A DNA stretch of 32,000 bases from Candidatus Saccharimonadota bacterium (GCA_963705375.1 OY970071.1:660001-692000), one strand, 5' to 3'; positions 15,620-25,419 are shown, numbered from the stretch's first letter. A program made the numbers and translations. Notes: a model not told the origin generated them from the sequence alone.

Positions 15620-17001
15620 CGCAAAAATACGCAGACCTAAGCAAGATAATGAACCCGAAATCCATAGCCATAATAGGCGCGACCGAGACCCCGAACAAGA
15701 TCGGGCACGTGATAATGAAGAACCAGATAGATGTAGGGTTCTCAGGGAAGATATTTCCGATAAACATAAACAACCAAGGGACAATTCTTGGATTCAAGGC
15801 ATACAAAAGCATTCTTGATGTGAAAGAGAAGGTGGACCTCGTCGTCATTGCAATACCTGCACCAGCAGTTCCAGCCGCACTCGAGGAATGCGGCAAGGCC
15901 CATGTAGGCGGAGTCATTGTTATAAGCGCGGGTTTTGCAGAAGTCGGCAACGTGGAGCTTGAAAAAGAGCTTGAAAGAGTCGCAAGAAAGTACGCGCTGC
16001 CCGTAATAGGTCCGAACTGTCTCGGAGTGATGGATCTCAGGTCACGGATAAACACACTGTTTCTGCCATCATTCAAATTGGACAGGCCGAAGATCGGAAA
16101 CATAAGCTTTGCCTCGCAGAGCGGTGCGGTCGGCAGTGCGGTGCTCGATGAGATGATGCATGAAGGGTTCGGCCTTTCACGTTTCATATCCTATGGCAAC
16201 GCTTCGGTCATCGATGAAGTTGACGTGCTCAACTACCTCATGGAAGACAAGGAAACGAAGGTGATAATCTTCTACATAGAGGGTGTGAAGCGCGGCAAGG
16301 AGTTCGTAGAGATTGCTAAGAAGACCACAAAGACAAAACCCATTGTGATAATAAAGGGAGGCATGAGCGATACCGGCATGAAGGCGGCGCATTCTCACAC
16401 TGCGGCTCTTGCAAGCAATTATGAAACATACGATGCAGTGTTCAGACAGTTCGGATTTACCGTAGCGAAAGACCTGAGGGAGCTGCTCAACTACGCAAAA
16501 GTCTTATCAGGGCAGCCGCTCAGCACGGGCAACAGAGTCGCAATACTCACGAATGGGGGAGGAATGGGCGTGCTTGCAACTGATGCTGTCGCAGAAAACG
16601 GCCTGCAGCTTGCACAACTATCAAAAGAGACAGAAGAGACATTGAGGAAGAACATGCCGCCGATAGTCAACATATGCTTGCCTCTGGACGTTGGCGGAGA
16701 TGCAGACGATAAGAGATTCGGTGATGCGTTGGACGCTCTCGAAGCAGATCCCGGAGTTGATTCCTTGGTGGTTGTCGGGTTGTTCCAGACACCTGGGGCA
16801 GATTCAAGGGTCGCTGCAAAGTTGATACAACATGCAACAGGCTCTAAGAAGCCCATGGTCGTGATCAGCATGGGAGGGAACTACACCGAAATGCACAAAA
16901 TCATGATGGAGAGCGCAGGCCTGCCAGTTTATTCTTCCCCGTATGATGCTGCCAACTCACTCTCGGCCCTGATACGCTATTCTCGCTACAGGGAGATTTA
17001 A
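15616..17001 (+). CDS. acdA: ADP-forming acetyl-CoA synthetase, alpha subunit (CoA-binding plus CoA-ligase domains)
   Basis: Has an N-terminal CoA-binding Rossmann fold (PKSIAIIGATETPNKIGH), a GPNCLG motif, and the phosphohistidine loop AAHSHTAALAS. Length 461 aa, as in archaeal ACD alpha. Confidence 0.88.
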   Translation: MTQKYADLSKIMNPKSIAIIGATETPNKIGHVIMKNQIDVGFSGKIFPININNQGTILGFKAYKSILDVKEKVDLVVIAIPAPAVPAALEECGKAHVGGVIVISAGFAEVGNVELEKELERVARKYALPVIGPNCLGVMDLRSRINTLFLPSFKLDRPKIGNISFASQSGAVGSAVLDEMMHEGFGLSRFISYGNASVIDEVDVLNYLMEDKETKVIIFYIEGVKRGKEFVEIAKKTTKTKPIVIIKGGMSDTGMKAAHSHTAALASNYETYDAVFRQFGFTVAKDLRELLNYAKVLSGQPLSTGNRVAILTNGGGMGVLATDAVAENGLQLAQLSKETEETLRKNMPPIVNICLPLDVGGDADDKRFGDALDALEADPGVDSLVVVGLFQTPGADSRVAAKLIQHATGSKKPMVVISMGGNYTEMHKIMMESAGLPVYSSPYDAANSLSALIRYSRYREI

Positions 17002-18317
17002 TGATAAAAATCAATGGCAGAATAAGAAGTGTGATAGCCAGAGATAAAAAAGTGATGTTCACCACAACTAGGGAACATTACCCGTTCGTTGCGGACCATG
17101 CATCTGGAGACTATGCCTATGACATAGCAGGAAATAGGTTCATAGACTTCTCAAGTTTCATCGGCGTGTACACGCTGGGAGACAACGCCAACAAAGAGAT
17201 AAGGCAGGCGGTAAAGAAGCAGGTTGACAAGCTCATGCATCCTGCATTTCTGGACTTCTTCTCAGAAATGCCCGTCAGCTTTGCAGAGAAGTTAGTGACA
17301 ATGTTTCCGAGCGGGTTCGGCCGCGTGTTCTTTTCCAACTCTGGCGCGGAGGCGATTGAGGACGCGATAAAGCTCTCCAAAATATTTACACATAGGCCAT
17401 ACTTGCTGGCATTCTACAACGCATTTCATGGGAGGACAATGGGCGCTTTGGGACTCACAGCGTCGAGAGCTATACAGCGAAAACACTTTGGGCCGCTTCC
17501 GAATGTGATACACGTTCCATACCCGAATCCATACAGGTGCCCATTCAACACAGACAGTCCTGACGATTGCGCTGACGCATGCATCGATTATATAGAGAAC
17601 ACTGTCCTTGCAAAAGAGGCTCCGCCGGATGAGGTAGCTGCCGTGTTTATGGAACCAATACAAGGCGAGGGCGGCTACATTGTTCCGCCAAAGAGATTTG
17701 TCCAGAAATTAAGAAAGCTAACCCAAGACAACAACATATTGCTTGTCGATGACGAGATCCAGGCGGGCTACATGCGCACAGGAAAGTTCCTTGCGCTTGA
17801 CAACTTCGGAGTTGATGCGGACATATACACGATGGCAAAGGCACTCGGTGGCGGAGTCCCGATAGGCGCTACAATAGCAAGGAAATCTCTTGGGGATACT
17901 GAACCTGGAGAGCATGCCGGCACGTTTGGAGGCAATCTTCTTGCAATGGCTGCGGCAAACGCATCGCTTGATTACGTAAAGAGGAATATGAAGAGCCTTC
18001 AAAGAGGAGTAAGGACCAAAGGCAATTTCATAATGAAAAGATTGCGCGAGATGATGGATGATTATGAAATCGTCGGCGACGTCAGAGGAATCGGGTTAAT
18101 GATAGGTGTGGAGTTTGTGAAGGACAAGCAGAGCAAGACACCTGCGGTTGCAGAGCGCGGCAAGATCGTGGATGGGTGCTTCCGCAATGGATTGCTGCTG
18201 CTGCCGGCAGGATCCTCGACAATAAGGCTGATACCGCCAATAACTATGGTGCAGGAAAACATAGAGAAAGGTTTGGATGTGCTCGAGAGCGCAATAAAAA
18301 ACGGGACCACGAAATGA
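17001..18317 (+). CDS. Class-III PLP-dependent aminotransferase (GabT / acetylornithine aminotransferase family)
   Basis: Motifs present: FSNSGAEAIEDAIK, EPIQGEGGY, DDEIQAGYMRTGK, and the PLP-lysine context YTMAKALGGG. Its ATG shares one nt with the acdA stop (TAATG). Confidence 0.85.
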   Translation: MIKINGRIRSVIARDKKVMFTTTREHYPFVADHASGDYAYDIAGNRFIDFSSFIGVYTLGDNANKEIRQAVKKQVDKLMHPAFLDFFSEMPVSFAEKLVTMFPSGFGRVFFSNSGAEAIEDAIKLSKIFTHRPYLLAFYNAFHGRTMGALGLTASRAIQRKHFGPLPNVIHVPYPNPYRCPFNTDSPDDCADACIDYIENTVLAKEAPPDEVAAVFMEPIQGEGGYIVPPKRFVQKLRKLTQDNNILLVDDEIQAGYMRTGKFLALDNFGVDADIYTMAKALGGGVPIGATIARKSLGDTEPGEHAGTFGGNLLAMAAANASLDYVKRNMKSLQRGVRTKGNFIMKRLREMMDDYEIVGDVRGIGLMIGVEFVKDKQSKTPAVAERGKIVDGCFRNGLLLLPAGSSTIRLIPPITMVQENIEKGLDVLESAIKNGTTK

Positions 18318-18398
18318 ATGTGTAGGAATATGCCGATTTTATGCCATCGGCAGAGCAAGACTTTTATACTTGCATTCATCAAATAATCCGTCTTATTT

Positions 18399-19382
18399 AT
18401 GACTAATGTTTTGATCTGCGGCGGAGCAGGCACGCTTGGTTCAGGCCTTTCTCGCTTGTTTTTAAACAAAGGATATAACGTATCTGTTCTAGACATAGTT
18501 CGCTATGATGAAGCATGGAAACTCTCTGACGTCGGCGTCAAAGACAAGATAGAATATCTCTGGAAGTCCACAATAGACATAACCGAAAAAGACCTTGATG
18601 GCGTCGACATTGTTGTCGATTGCGGCCTTGCTGTCGCGGACAGACCCGAAGGCACATTGTCTCCAGAGCACACATTCCTTGGAAATGTGCTGCCGCCCCT
18701 TCACCTGCTGAAAATTGTAAAGGACATGAAGAAGAGGCCATTCATAATATACCCGTCTTCGTTCAACGCCAGATACGGGCACAAAGTAAACACGACCCTT
18801 ACCGAAGAGACATTCCCACTACCGTCGACACCATACGGCTGGACCAAGGGCGCTGTTGAGCTCCTCTACCAGACATACCACAGAGGCTTTGGAGTCCCTA
18901 TTGTCATTGTGGTTGTCGGAAGCGGATATGGGCCAAGGATGCGTTCGGATGAGCTTGTTGGCCGCTACATACTCCATACACTTCAGGGCAAGAAGGAGTT
19001 CAAATTACGATCTCCAGAAGCAAAAAGACTGTGGTCTTATGCTGATGACTTCCTTGCATTTTACGATAAGCTGACAGACAACATCGAAGCGTACAATGGA
19101 ATGTCACTCCACTGTGCAGGCAACAAAGGAGACAGAATAGTCACCAACACGGAACTCGCAGGCATAATCAACAAAATAGCAGAAAAGAGAGGGCTCAAAC
19201 CGATGTCCGTTGTTCCGATGCCGTACGAAGATGGCGAAATGATAGACGGAAAGCCCATAGACTTTGATGTGGATAGCAGCAAGACAAGGCAGCTGCTCAA
19301 ATGGGAACCAAAGGTCACGTTAGAAGAGGGATTGTCCGCTACAATGGACTGGTTCTCGAAGAGCATGGACAGCTACAAATAA
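18399..19382 (+). CDS. NAD-dependent nucleotide-sugar epimerase/dehydratase (extended SDR)
   Basis: N-terminal GGAGTLGS Rossmann motif, the catalytic YxxxK as PYGWTKGAVE, and 327 aa length. Confidence 0.8.
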   Translation: MTNVLICGGAGTLGSGLSRLFLNKGYNVSVLDIVRYDEAWKLSDVGVKDKIEYLWKSTIDITEKDLDGVDIVVDCGLAVADRPEGTLSPEHTFLGNVLPPLHLLKIVKDMKKRPFIIYPSSFNARYGHKVNTTLTEETFPLPSTPYGWTKGAVELLYQTYHRGFGVPIVIVVVGSGYGPRMRSDELVGRYILHTLQGKKEFKLRSPEAKRLWSYADDFLAFYDKLTDNIEAYNGMSLHCAGNKGDRIVTNTELAGIINKIAEKRGLKPMSVVPMPYEDGEMIDGKPIDFDVDSSKTRQLLKWEPKVTLEEGLSATMDWFSKSMDSYK

Positions 19383-19423
19383 TGCAGTGTGTTGACATGT
19401 AGACTTGCCATAGAGGCGTAAGA

Positions 19424-20125
19424 ATGGAGCGTGCTAAAAAATTAACAATAATAGTGCCAGTATACAATGAAGAGCGGACCATAAGGCAGATTCTCAGCAG
19501 AGTCCTTAAGCAGAGTTGTGTCTCCAAAGTCATAGTCGTTGACGACTCAACAGACCGGAGCCCGGAAATAATCAAAGAGTTAATGAAAAAAGACAGCAGA
19601 ATAATACCGATGCATAACAAGTATTCAAGAGGAAAGGGATCGGCACTGATAACGGGCATGGAAAAAGTTCGCGATGGCTTAGTGCTGATACAGGATGCTG
19701 ACCTAGAATATTTCCCAGAGGATTACGAAAAACTGCTAAGCAAGTTAGGAAACAATAATGCAGTGTTCGGTAGCAGGATACTGGGTAAGGATGTTGGCCA
19801 CAGGTACAGGATGGCAAAGCTCGCAAACATAGTCATGAGCATGGCCTTCTCTTTATTCTTTGGGCAGAAAATAACAGACATATACACTTGCTACAAACTT
19901 TTCGACAGAAAAATGGTAGATCCTAGAAAGCTTCGTAATCGCAACTTCCTGATAGAAACAGAGATTGCGGAACAAATAATAAGGAACGGCTACAGGATCG
20001 ATGAGGTGCCTATACGGTATAATGGGAGAACATTTGAGGAAGGAAAGAAGATACACGCCATGGATGGAATAAGCGGCCTTCTTTTCATAATAAAGGAAGG
20101 TTTCCGCTATTCGATGGGCAAATAA
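19424..20125 (+). CDS. GT2 family glycosyltransferase (dolichyl-phosphate sugar synthase / GtrB-CsbB-like)
   Basis: LTIIVPVYNEERTI, VIVVDDSTD, GKGSAL and the DxD motif in LIQDADLEY are typical of the GT-A fold in DPM1/GtrB-type enzymes. Confidence 0.8.
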   Translation: MERAKKLTIIVPVYNEERTIRQILSRVLKQSCVSKVIVVDDSTDRSPEIIKELMKKDSRIIPMHNKYSRGKGSALITGMEKVRDGLVLIQDADLEYFPEDYEKLLSKLGNNNAVFGSRILGKDVGHRYRMAKLANIVMSMAFSLFFGQKITDIYTCYKLFDRKMVDPRKLRNRNFLIETEIAEQIIRNGYRIDEVPIRYNGRTFEEGKKIHAMDGISGLLFIIKEGFRYSMGK

Positions 20126-20160
20126 GTTTGTAAGTCTAGTCCTCAATTCGCGCCGATGAA

Positions 20161-22443
20161 TCACTTGCCTATAGTGAGGTCCTCTACGCCTATTATCGGA
20201 TAGGTGCCGCTTATGTTGTCGGTTTCCGAAACAAAAAACAGGAAGTTCGTGCCCTGATGCAGACCCGCGCTGAACGAGAAGCTTTGCAGTGAAGTGGTCA
20301 GATTCAGTATGGAGATGCGCTGGTTGTCAAGATAGACATATTCCTGCCGCGACCGCGTTGGCGAGAGAGCGCGAACGCTTATGTTGACAGCAGTATAGTT
20401 AGAAGAATATACGCTGACATACGCCGTGTTCAGTCCGAACCACGAATTAAGGTAGTCCTGACTGCATAGTGAAGAAGACCCACAGATGACAGGGCCTGGT
20501 TGCCATGCACTTCTAGGGTCGCCGACAAGCACCGGAGCGAAAGCAACAACGGATCCTCCAGCAGTTCTTGTCACCTTGCTAGTGGAGAAAACGGTTATAT
20601 TGTTACCCTGATATACTGGTTCGCCGAGGAAGGTAGTAAGGTAAGAATTCAGCTGCTGAAGCTCTGTTTGGTTGTACGCACTTCCTATAACAGAAACAAA
20701 ACCAACATTGTATGATGAGAGGAAGAACTCGGTCGTGTTGGTGTAGTCCTCTTTCAAAGGAGAGCCGTACACAAGACCTTTGCCGTCCTGCAAATAGTAT
20801 GCTGAGACCAAGAGAGGAACATCGAAAAGCGACAGCACCTGTGTGGTGTTTACCCTTGGAAGGTATCCGCCAATAATGGGCTTCTTTAAAGCAGTCTGGT
20901 AGTAAAGTTCCATTCCAGGATACAGTTCCAACTTTGAGCTTGTGTAGTTAGGTATGGTCGGCAGCATCAAGACAGAGAAGTTGTCGTTGAGGGCACCTAT
21001 CTGATAGTACGCTTTGGGTATCGTGGTGTTGAGTATATACATACTGTTAAGCATTTGTTGACTCGCCGGCCACGGGTTGTACTCGAACAGTATGAGCGCA
21101 ACAAAAATCACAGGCGCGTACTTCTGCACACCCTTCTTAAAGTTTGATGATTCACCATCGTGATGCGCAATGCCAATAACTTTGAATATCGTGCCATCTA
21201 GGTTAGTAACACCTATCGCAGCAAACATCGCAATGAAAAGTTCAAGCAGCATATCGAACCGGCCGGGCTCCCTGAGCACATTGAACAAGGGCATATGGTG
21301 GTATAGCAGATAGAGACCTGGCATGGAAGTGATGTTGCCTCCTATCTGCAAATACGGCCCAAGGGAGAGCAGCCCAAAAAGTATGAGCGCCACAAGATAA
21401 ACGCCAGTATCCTTGAAGTGTTCACGGTACTCGTGCAGCAGCCCTATCAACATCAGGACGATGACGCTGTATCCGATGTACGTAGTGCGCTCTGCAGAGG
21501 ATATAGCGATGAGCTGATGGACAGAGATGCCTGTAAACATGTTTAGCAGACCATTGTACGTGCTTGGAATGAAGAAGTTGAACAGATCTGGGCTGTAGAG
21601 CTCGTTTAAACCAGTAGTTGCCTGCGAGTTCATGACAGAGAGCACGCCCGAGTTAAATGAAGAGAGTATCCAGAATATGAACGGAGATGCCAGCACCATG
21701 AACACGAGAATCATTACTGCAAATGACATTGCGAATTTTTTGTTGAGAACCTTGTGCCTGTGCCTTTTGTCTGCAGCAAAATATGCAAGAACGAAGAGTG
21801 TAAGAAGTATCGCCATGAGGCCCTGCTCTATGTCCCCCATAAAGGTCAAAAGCACGAAAGAGATGCCGGCTAGTGCAGCATGTAAGTTCCGCTTTTGGTC
21901 GTTTTCCACCATATAGACGAACAGTAGTAAGAACAGTGGCAGGAACTCTATGTTTGTGAACTGAAGATGCCCAAACGCCTGTATCGTGTGTATTGGGCTA
22001 AATGAGTAGATTAGACCCGCTATGAACGATGCTGTGCGGTTCTTAGTTACATGGAACGCAAGCGCGTACGTGAACAGCCCCGCAAGCACAAAACCTATCA
22101 GGAATATCATGTTTAACGCGAAAGCGAGGCTGACCGGCTGAAAAATCATGCTGACGAGGCCCGCGATAGGAGCCAGCGTCTGCGTATCCAAATTAGCACC
22201 TAGAGGATAGAAAAGATAATTGCTGAAGTATGGACTGGAATGGAGCGTGAACATTGAATATGGAACCCACCACAACTCCCACATACTTTGAAAGGTATCG
22301 CTGCCGGTACCGGGTACCGCCGTGGTGATGTGCAACGTCATCGGCCAGAAGAACACTAAAGATATCGCAAGATAACCTAATGCTATCAGAGCATACTGCT
22401 TCAGAGCTTTCCTGTCAACGTCGATACCCAGCATGAGAAACAC
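20161..22443 (-). CDS. Large polytopic membrane protein with a sequon-rich extracytoplasmic C-terminal domain (GT-C/YfhO/AglS-like architecture), paralog B
   Basis: 760 aa with the same layout as 2162..4417 and conserved blocks shared with it. About 11 N-x-S/T sequons lie in the C-terminal third. The start is GTG 22443 or ATG 22434. Confidence 0.8.
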   Translation of the reverse strand: MFLMLGIDVDRKALKQYALIALGYLAISLVFFWPMTLHITTAVPGTGSDTFQSMWELWWVPYSMFTLHSSPYFSNYLFYPLGANLDTQTLAPIAGLVSMIFQPVSLAFALNMIFLIGFVLAGLFTYALAFHVTKNRTASFIAGLIYSFSPIHTIQAFGHLQFTNIEFLPLFLLLFVYMVENDQKRNLHAALAGISFVLLTFMGDIEQGLMAILLTLFVLAYFAADKRHRHKVLNKKFAMSFAVMILVFMVLASPFIFWILSSFNSGVLSVMNSQATTGLNELYSPDLFNFFIPSTYNGLLNMFTGISVHQLIAISSAERTTYIGYSVIVLMLIGLLHEYREHFKDTGVYLVALILFGLLSLGPYLQIGGNITSMPGLYLLYHHMPLFNVLREPGRFDMLLELFIAMFAAIGVTNLDGTIFKVIGIAHHDGESSNFKKGVQKYAPVIFVALILFEYNPWPASQQMLNSMYILNTTIPKAYYQIGALNDNFSVLMLPTIPNYTSSKLELYPGMELYYQTALKKPIIGGYLPRVNTTQVLSLFDVPLLVSAYYLQDGKGLVYGSPLKEDYTNTTEFFLSSYNVGFVSVIGSAYNQTELQQLNSYLTTFLGEPVYQGNNITVFSTSKVTRTAGGSVVAFAPVLVGDPRSAWQPGPVICGSSSLCSQDYLNSWFGLNTAYVSVYSSNYTAVNISVRALSPTRSRQEYVYLDNQRISILNLTTSLQSFSFSAGLHQGTNFLFFVSETDNISGTYPIIGVEDLTIGK

Positions 22444-22462
22444 GAGTAGATTATCTCAAAAA

Positions 22463-22470
22463 TCTATAAA
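22463..22470 (-). promoter_or_regulatory. TATA box for paralog B
   Basis: TTTATAGA on the minus strand ends 19 nt before GTG 22443, within the 32-nt gap after the translin-like gene. Confidence 0.4.
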
Positions 22471-22475
22471 CCTTC

Positions 22476-23048
22476 TCACTTATTTTTCTTGAAGGAAAGG
22501 ATCTCACTACCTGCGTTTTCGAGTTGTATCCTTGCAGTGTCCTGCTTTCTCCTGAAGCCTGAAAGGACAGCTTCGGCGAACCTGACGCTTCTTGTGGTGT
22601 CGTAGATCTGCCTCATCTTTTCGAAATATTCTTCTGCTGTAGATTCGCGACCGTTTCTGAGCTCCTCCAGGATCTCGCGCTTTAGTTCTCCCATCACATC
22701 CATAAGGCCAAGCAAATATGCCTCTTGGTTAACATTAGTCTCATGCTGTGATGGCACCACTCCTTTGTCAACTATTCCATAGAATATTCTTGCTTCTGCA
22801 TATTCCTGGCAAGCCTGGCGCGTGTAGTACTCGAATTCTGCGCCGAACTTGACGGCTTTCTTGACATCGCTGTATGCGCTGGCTATCGTCTTCTTCGCCG
22901 CACTCTTGTTTCCGCTGTGCAGAAGGGTTATGGCCTGTGCAGCGTTCCGTATTATGCTGCGGGTGAGGTCTGTCACGCTGTCGAACGACTTCTGCTTTTT
23001 GGTCAGATAAGCGCTTATGTTGTCTATGTCCTGTTGTAGCTCTTTCAT
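22476..23048 (-). CDS. Translin-family (COG2178-like) putative nucleic-acid-binding protein
   Basis: About 190 aa, all-helical, with the block EAYLLGLMDVMGELKREILEELRNG resembling the translin Y..G..D..GEL.R motif. ATG 23048 was chosen because it forms an ATGA overlap with the ogg stop; the track start at 23078 would overlap ogg by 34 nt. Confidence 0.55.
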   Translation of the reverse strand: MKELQQDIDNISAYLTKKQKSFDSVTDLTRSIIRNAAQAITLLHSGNKSAAKKTIASAYSDVKKAVKFGAEFEYYTRQACQEYAEARIFYGIVDKGVVPSQHETNVNQEAYLLGLMDVMGELKREILEELRNGRESTAEEYFEKMRQIYDTTRSVRFAEAVLSGFRRKQDTARIQLENAGSEILSFKKNK

Positions 23049-23932
23049 GGTCTCATTCTCATTTGCCTGCCGTACCAATAAATATATTGCTCTGCGTAGC
23101 CCGCCAGCTTACCGAACCGGTCCTCGGCGAATTCGTGAATTTCGTCAAATTTCTTTTCCTTGCCTCTAAAGTACGCAGCCTCCATAGTCCTCTTTACCCA
23201 TACATCTATCGGGAATGCCTCTAGCTTGCCGTAGCCCATCAGGGCTATGCAGTCAGCCACCTTATCTCCGATGCCCGGAATCTCCATCAGCTGTGCCTTT
23301 ATCTTGTCGTAGCTCTTGCCATTCAGCTTGTCCAGGTCAATGTTGTTGGTGCAGAAGTCTGATGCGTGCACCAGATATTTTGCACGGAAGCCGGCGCCGC
23401 ACGACATGAATGACTTCTCGGTCGCTCTCACCAAATCTTCACAAGCAGGGAAGCGCCTGCCTTCAACGAAGCCGGCATCGCCGATTATCGGAGTGCCAAA
23501 TGTGTTTATGATGTTGTGCACGATCATCGTTATTCTTTTAACGTTGTTTAGTTGTGAGATGATGAAGCACATTGTAGTTTCCCAAGGATCATTGAGCGTC
23601 AACCTCATACCATAGTATTCCTTTATCGCTGCGCGCATGAAGTCGTCGGTTCCGATGCTCCGGTATATCTTCTTCATGTCGTCCCTAAGGCGAAACCTGC
23701 GTACAAGCTCTTCCTTTGCACTCCGGGCCCCACTACTATACGCAGCCACCCTGCATTCGTGATTGTCGCCCCTGAAAACAGCAGTCATCATGCCAACTCC
23801 GACAGGATAAGAGAGGATGCTGTCAGCATAGTCATAATCGGCGTAGAACGTCAAGGGCTGGGCACTTTCGAAAGTGTGCCTTATGTCGAAGTCCTTTACC
23901 CGTATCTCTTGCAGCTGCTGGGCGCACATCAT
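23045..23932 (-). CDS. ogg: 8-oxoguanine DNA glycosylase / AP lyase, Ogg1-type HhH-GPD enzyme
   Basis: The HhH-GPD block EIPGIGDKVADCIALMGYGKLEAFPIDVWVKR parallels human OGG1 [28 protein letters not shown], including the catalytic Lys and Asp positions. Its ATG overlaps the glyS stop as ATGA. Confidence 0.8.
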   Translation of the reverse strand: MMCAQQLQEIRVKDFDIRHTFESAQPLTFYADYDYADSILSYPVGVGMMTAVFRGDNHECRVAAYSSGARSAKEELVRRFRLRDDMKKIYRSIGTDDFMRAAIKEYYGMRLTLNDPWETTMCFIISQLNNVKRITMIVHNIINTFGTPIIGDAGFVEGRRFPACEDLVRATEKSFMSCGAGFRAKYLVHASDFCTNNIDLDKLNGKSYDKIKAQLMEIPGIGDKVADCIALMGYGKLEAFPIDVWVKRTMEAAYFRGKEKKFDEIHEFAEDRFGKLAGYAEQYIYWYGRQMRMRP

Positions 23933-25419
23933 ATCTCGTTTATTGGTTTCCTGACCTGTGTCGTGTCCTTTATGCTCCTTACAGTGACAGTGTTGTCTTC
24001 GAGGGTCTGGAAGTCCACAGTTATAGAATTGAGCACTCCGATCTCGTCAGCTCTGGCGTAGCGTTTACCTATGCTGCCAGTCTGGCTATAATACGCGCTT
24101 ATGCCCCTGCTCGCCAATGCGCGGTTCAGCGCAACGGCCTTCTCCGTTAGTTTGTCGTCCTTCTGGAGAGGGAACACTGCGTAGCGGTATGGTGTCGACT
24201 TCTCAGTCAGTAGCAGCAATTCCCATCCGCGCTTCTCATCCATATACAAATTATTCGCAAGGAGCGTCCAGAACAGCCTGTCCAATCCGAAACTGAGTTC
24301 CACCACATGAGGTATCAGTTTCTTGTTGTCGTTGACCACACTCATGTCGCTTTTCGAGAATGTCTGATGGTTTGATAGGTCAAAATCGGTCCTGTACGCG
24401 TTGCCGGCAACCTCTATGTAATCGTCGTCAACGTGCACCTCTAGGTCTATGTTGCCCTTCGAATAGTGGGGAAGCTCTTCCGGCATCATCTGTCTGAAAC
24501 GTATGGACTCTTTTGGGAATCCAAGACTTAGCAGGAATTCCTGCTCGATTGTGAGAAGGTAAGCGAACAGCTTGTTCGGTATTATGCCGTCGTGCAGCGC
24601 ATCCCCTACAGGCATTTCTGCAGCATCGGCATTTGACTTCTGCTGCTCGCGGGTAAGCATGTTCAATTTCATTGCACTCAGAGCCTTCTCATCTACAGGC
24701 TCGTTCGCTATGACAAGGTCTTTGCTCTCCGGGTCAAAGAAGAATTCCAATTCCATCTGTAAGAATTCCCTCATGCGTATGAGCTCCTGCCTTGGAGATA
24801 TCTCGTTCCTGAACGCCTTGCCAGTCTGGCCTATGCCGACCGGCAGCTTAAGGCCCGTGTTCCTGAATATCTCCTTGAAGTCGATGAATATACCCTGTGC
24901 AGTTTCAGGCCTTAGATAGCCCTGTATTGCCCTTAGGGGGCCTATCTTTGTCCCGAACATGAGGTTGAAGACTTCGACCTTGGGCAAGGGTGTGCCGCAT
25001 TTCTCGCACTTCGCATTGTTCTCCTTCATAAGGCGCTCCATTTCACCTATTGGAAGCACTTTTATCTTGTCAGCCATTGCTTTGTTATTCTGCCCCGTGA
25101 ACAACGCTTCGAGCAGCTTGTCAGCCCTGTGGCTGTAACCGCATTTCGCACAGACAGCGATAGGATCAGTGAACTTCTTCAGGTGGCCGCTTGCCTCGAA
25201 CACTATCTCTGGAGATATCAGAGTGGTGTCGATCTCGACATTGCCGAGACGCTCTATGAAGATGGAACGCCACAAAGATTCAATGTTGTTGCGTATCCTC
25301 AGGCCCACAGGCCCATAATCATAGAAGCCTACCAGCGTACCGTATGGATTGAACGCAGAAAGTATCAGGCTGCGCCTCACGGCAAGATTGGACAATGACT
25401 CTAGTTTTTGCTTGTTCAT
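23929..25419 (-). CDS. glyS: Glycyl-tRNA synthetase (archaeal/eukaryotic dimeric type)
   Basis: The N-terminus RRSLILSAFNPYGTLVGFYDYGPVGLRIRNNIESLWRSIF matches the GlyRS hallmark (RRGF...YGG..G.YDYGP.G..L..NI...W). Class II motif 2 is present (FRNEISPR) along with a C-terminal anticodon-binding-like domain. At 496 aa it is somewhat shorter than typical. Confidence 0.85.
   Translation of the reverse strand: MNKQKLESLSNLAVRRSLILSAFNPYGTLVGFYDYGPVGLRIRNNIESLWRSIFIERLGNVEIDTTLISPEIVFEASGHLKKFTDPIAVCAKCGYSHRADKLLEALFTGQNNKAMADKIKVLPIGEMERLMKENNAKCEKCGTPLPKVEVFNLMFGTKIGPLRAIQGYLRPETAQGIFIDFKEIFRNTGLKLPVGIGQTGKAFRNEISPRQELIRMREFLQMELEFFFDPESKDLVIANEPVDEKALSAMKLNMLTREQQKSNADAAEMPVGDALHDGIIPNKLFAYLLTIEQEFLLSLGFPKESIRFRQMMPEELPHYSKGNIDLEVHVDDDYIEVAGNAYRTDFDLSNHQTFSKSDMSVVNDNKKLIPHVVELSFGLDRLFWTLLANNLYMDEKRGWELLLLTEKSTPYRYAVFPLQKDDKLTEKAVALNRALASRGISAYYSQTGSIGKRYARADEIGVLNSITVDFQTLEDNTVTVRSIKDTTQVRKPINEI

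Noticed and set aside
15525-16187. 220-aa minus-strand ORF
   Set aside because: It is antisense to acdA and to the end of acdB. Its Ser/Pro/Thr-rich low-information translation suggests a shadow ORF.
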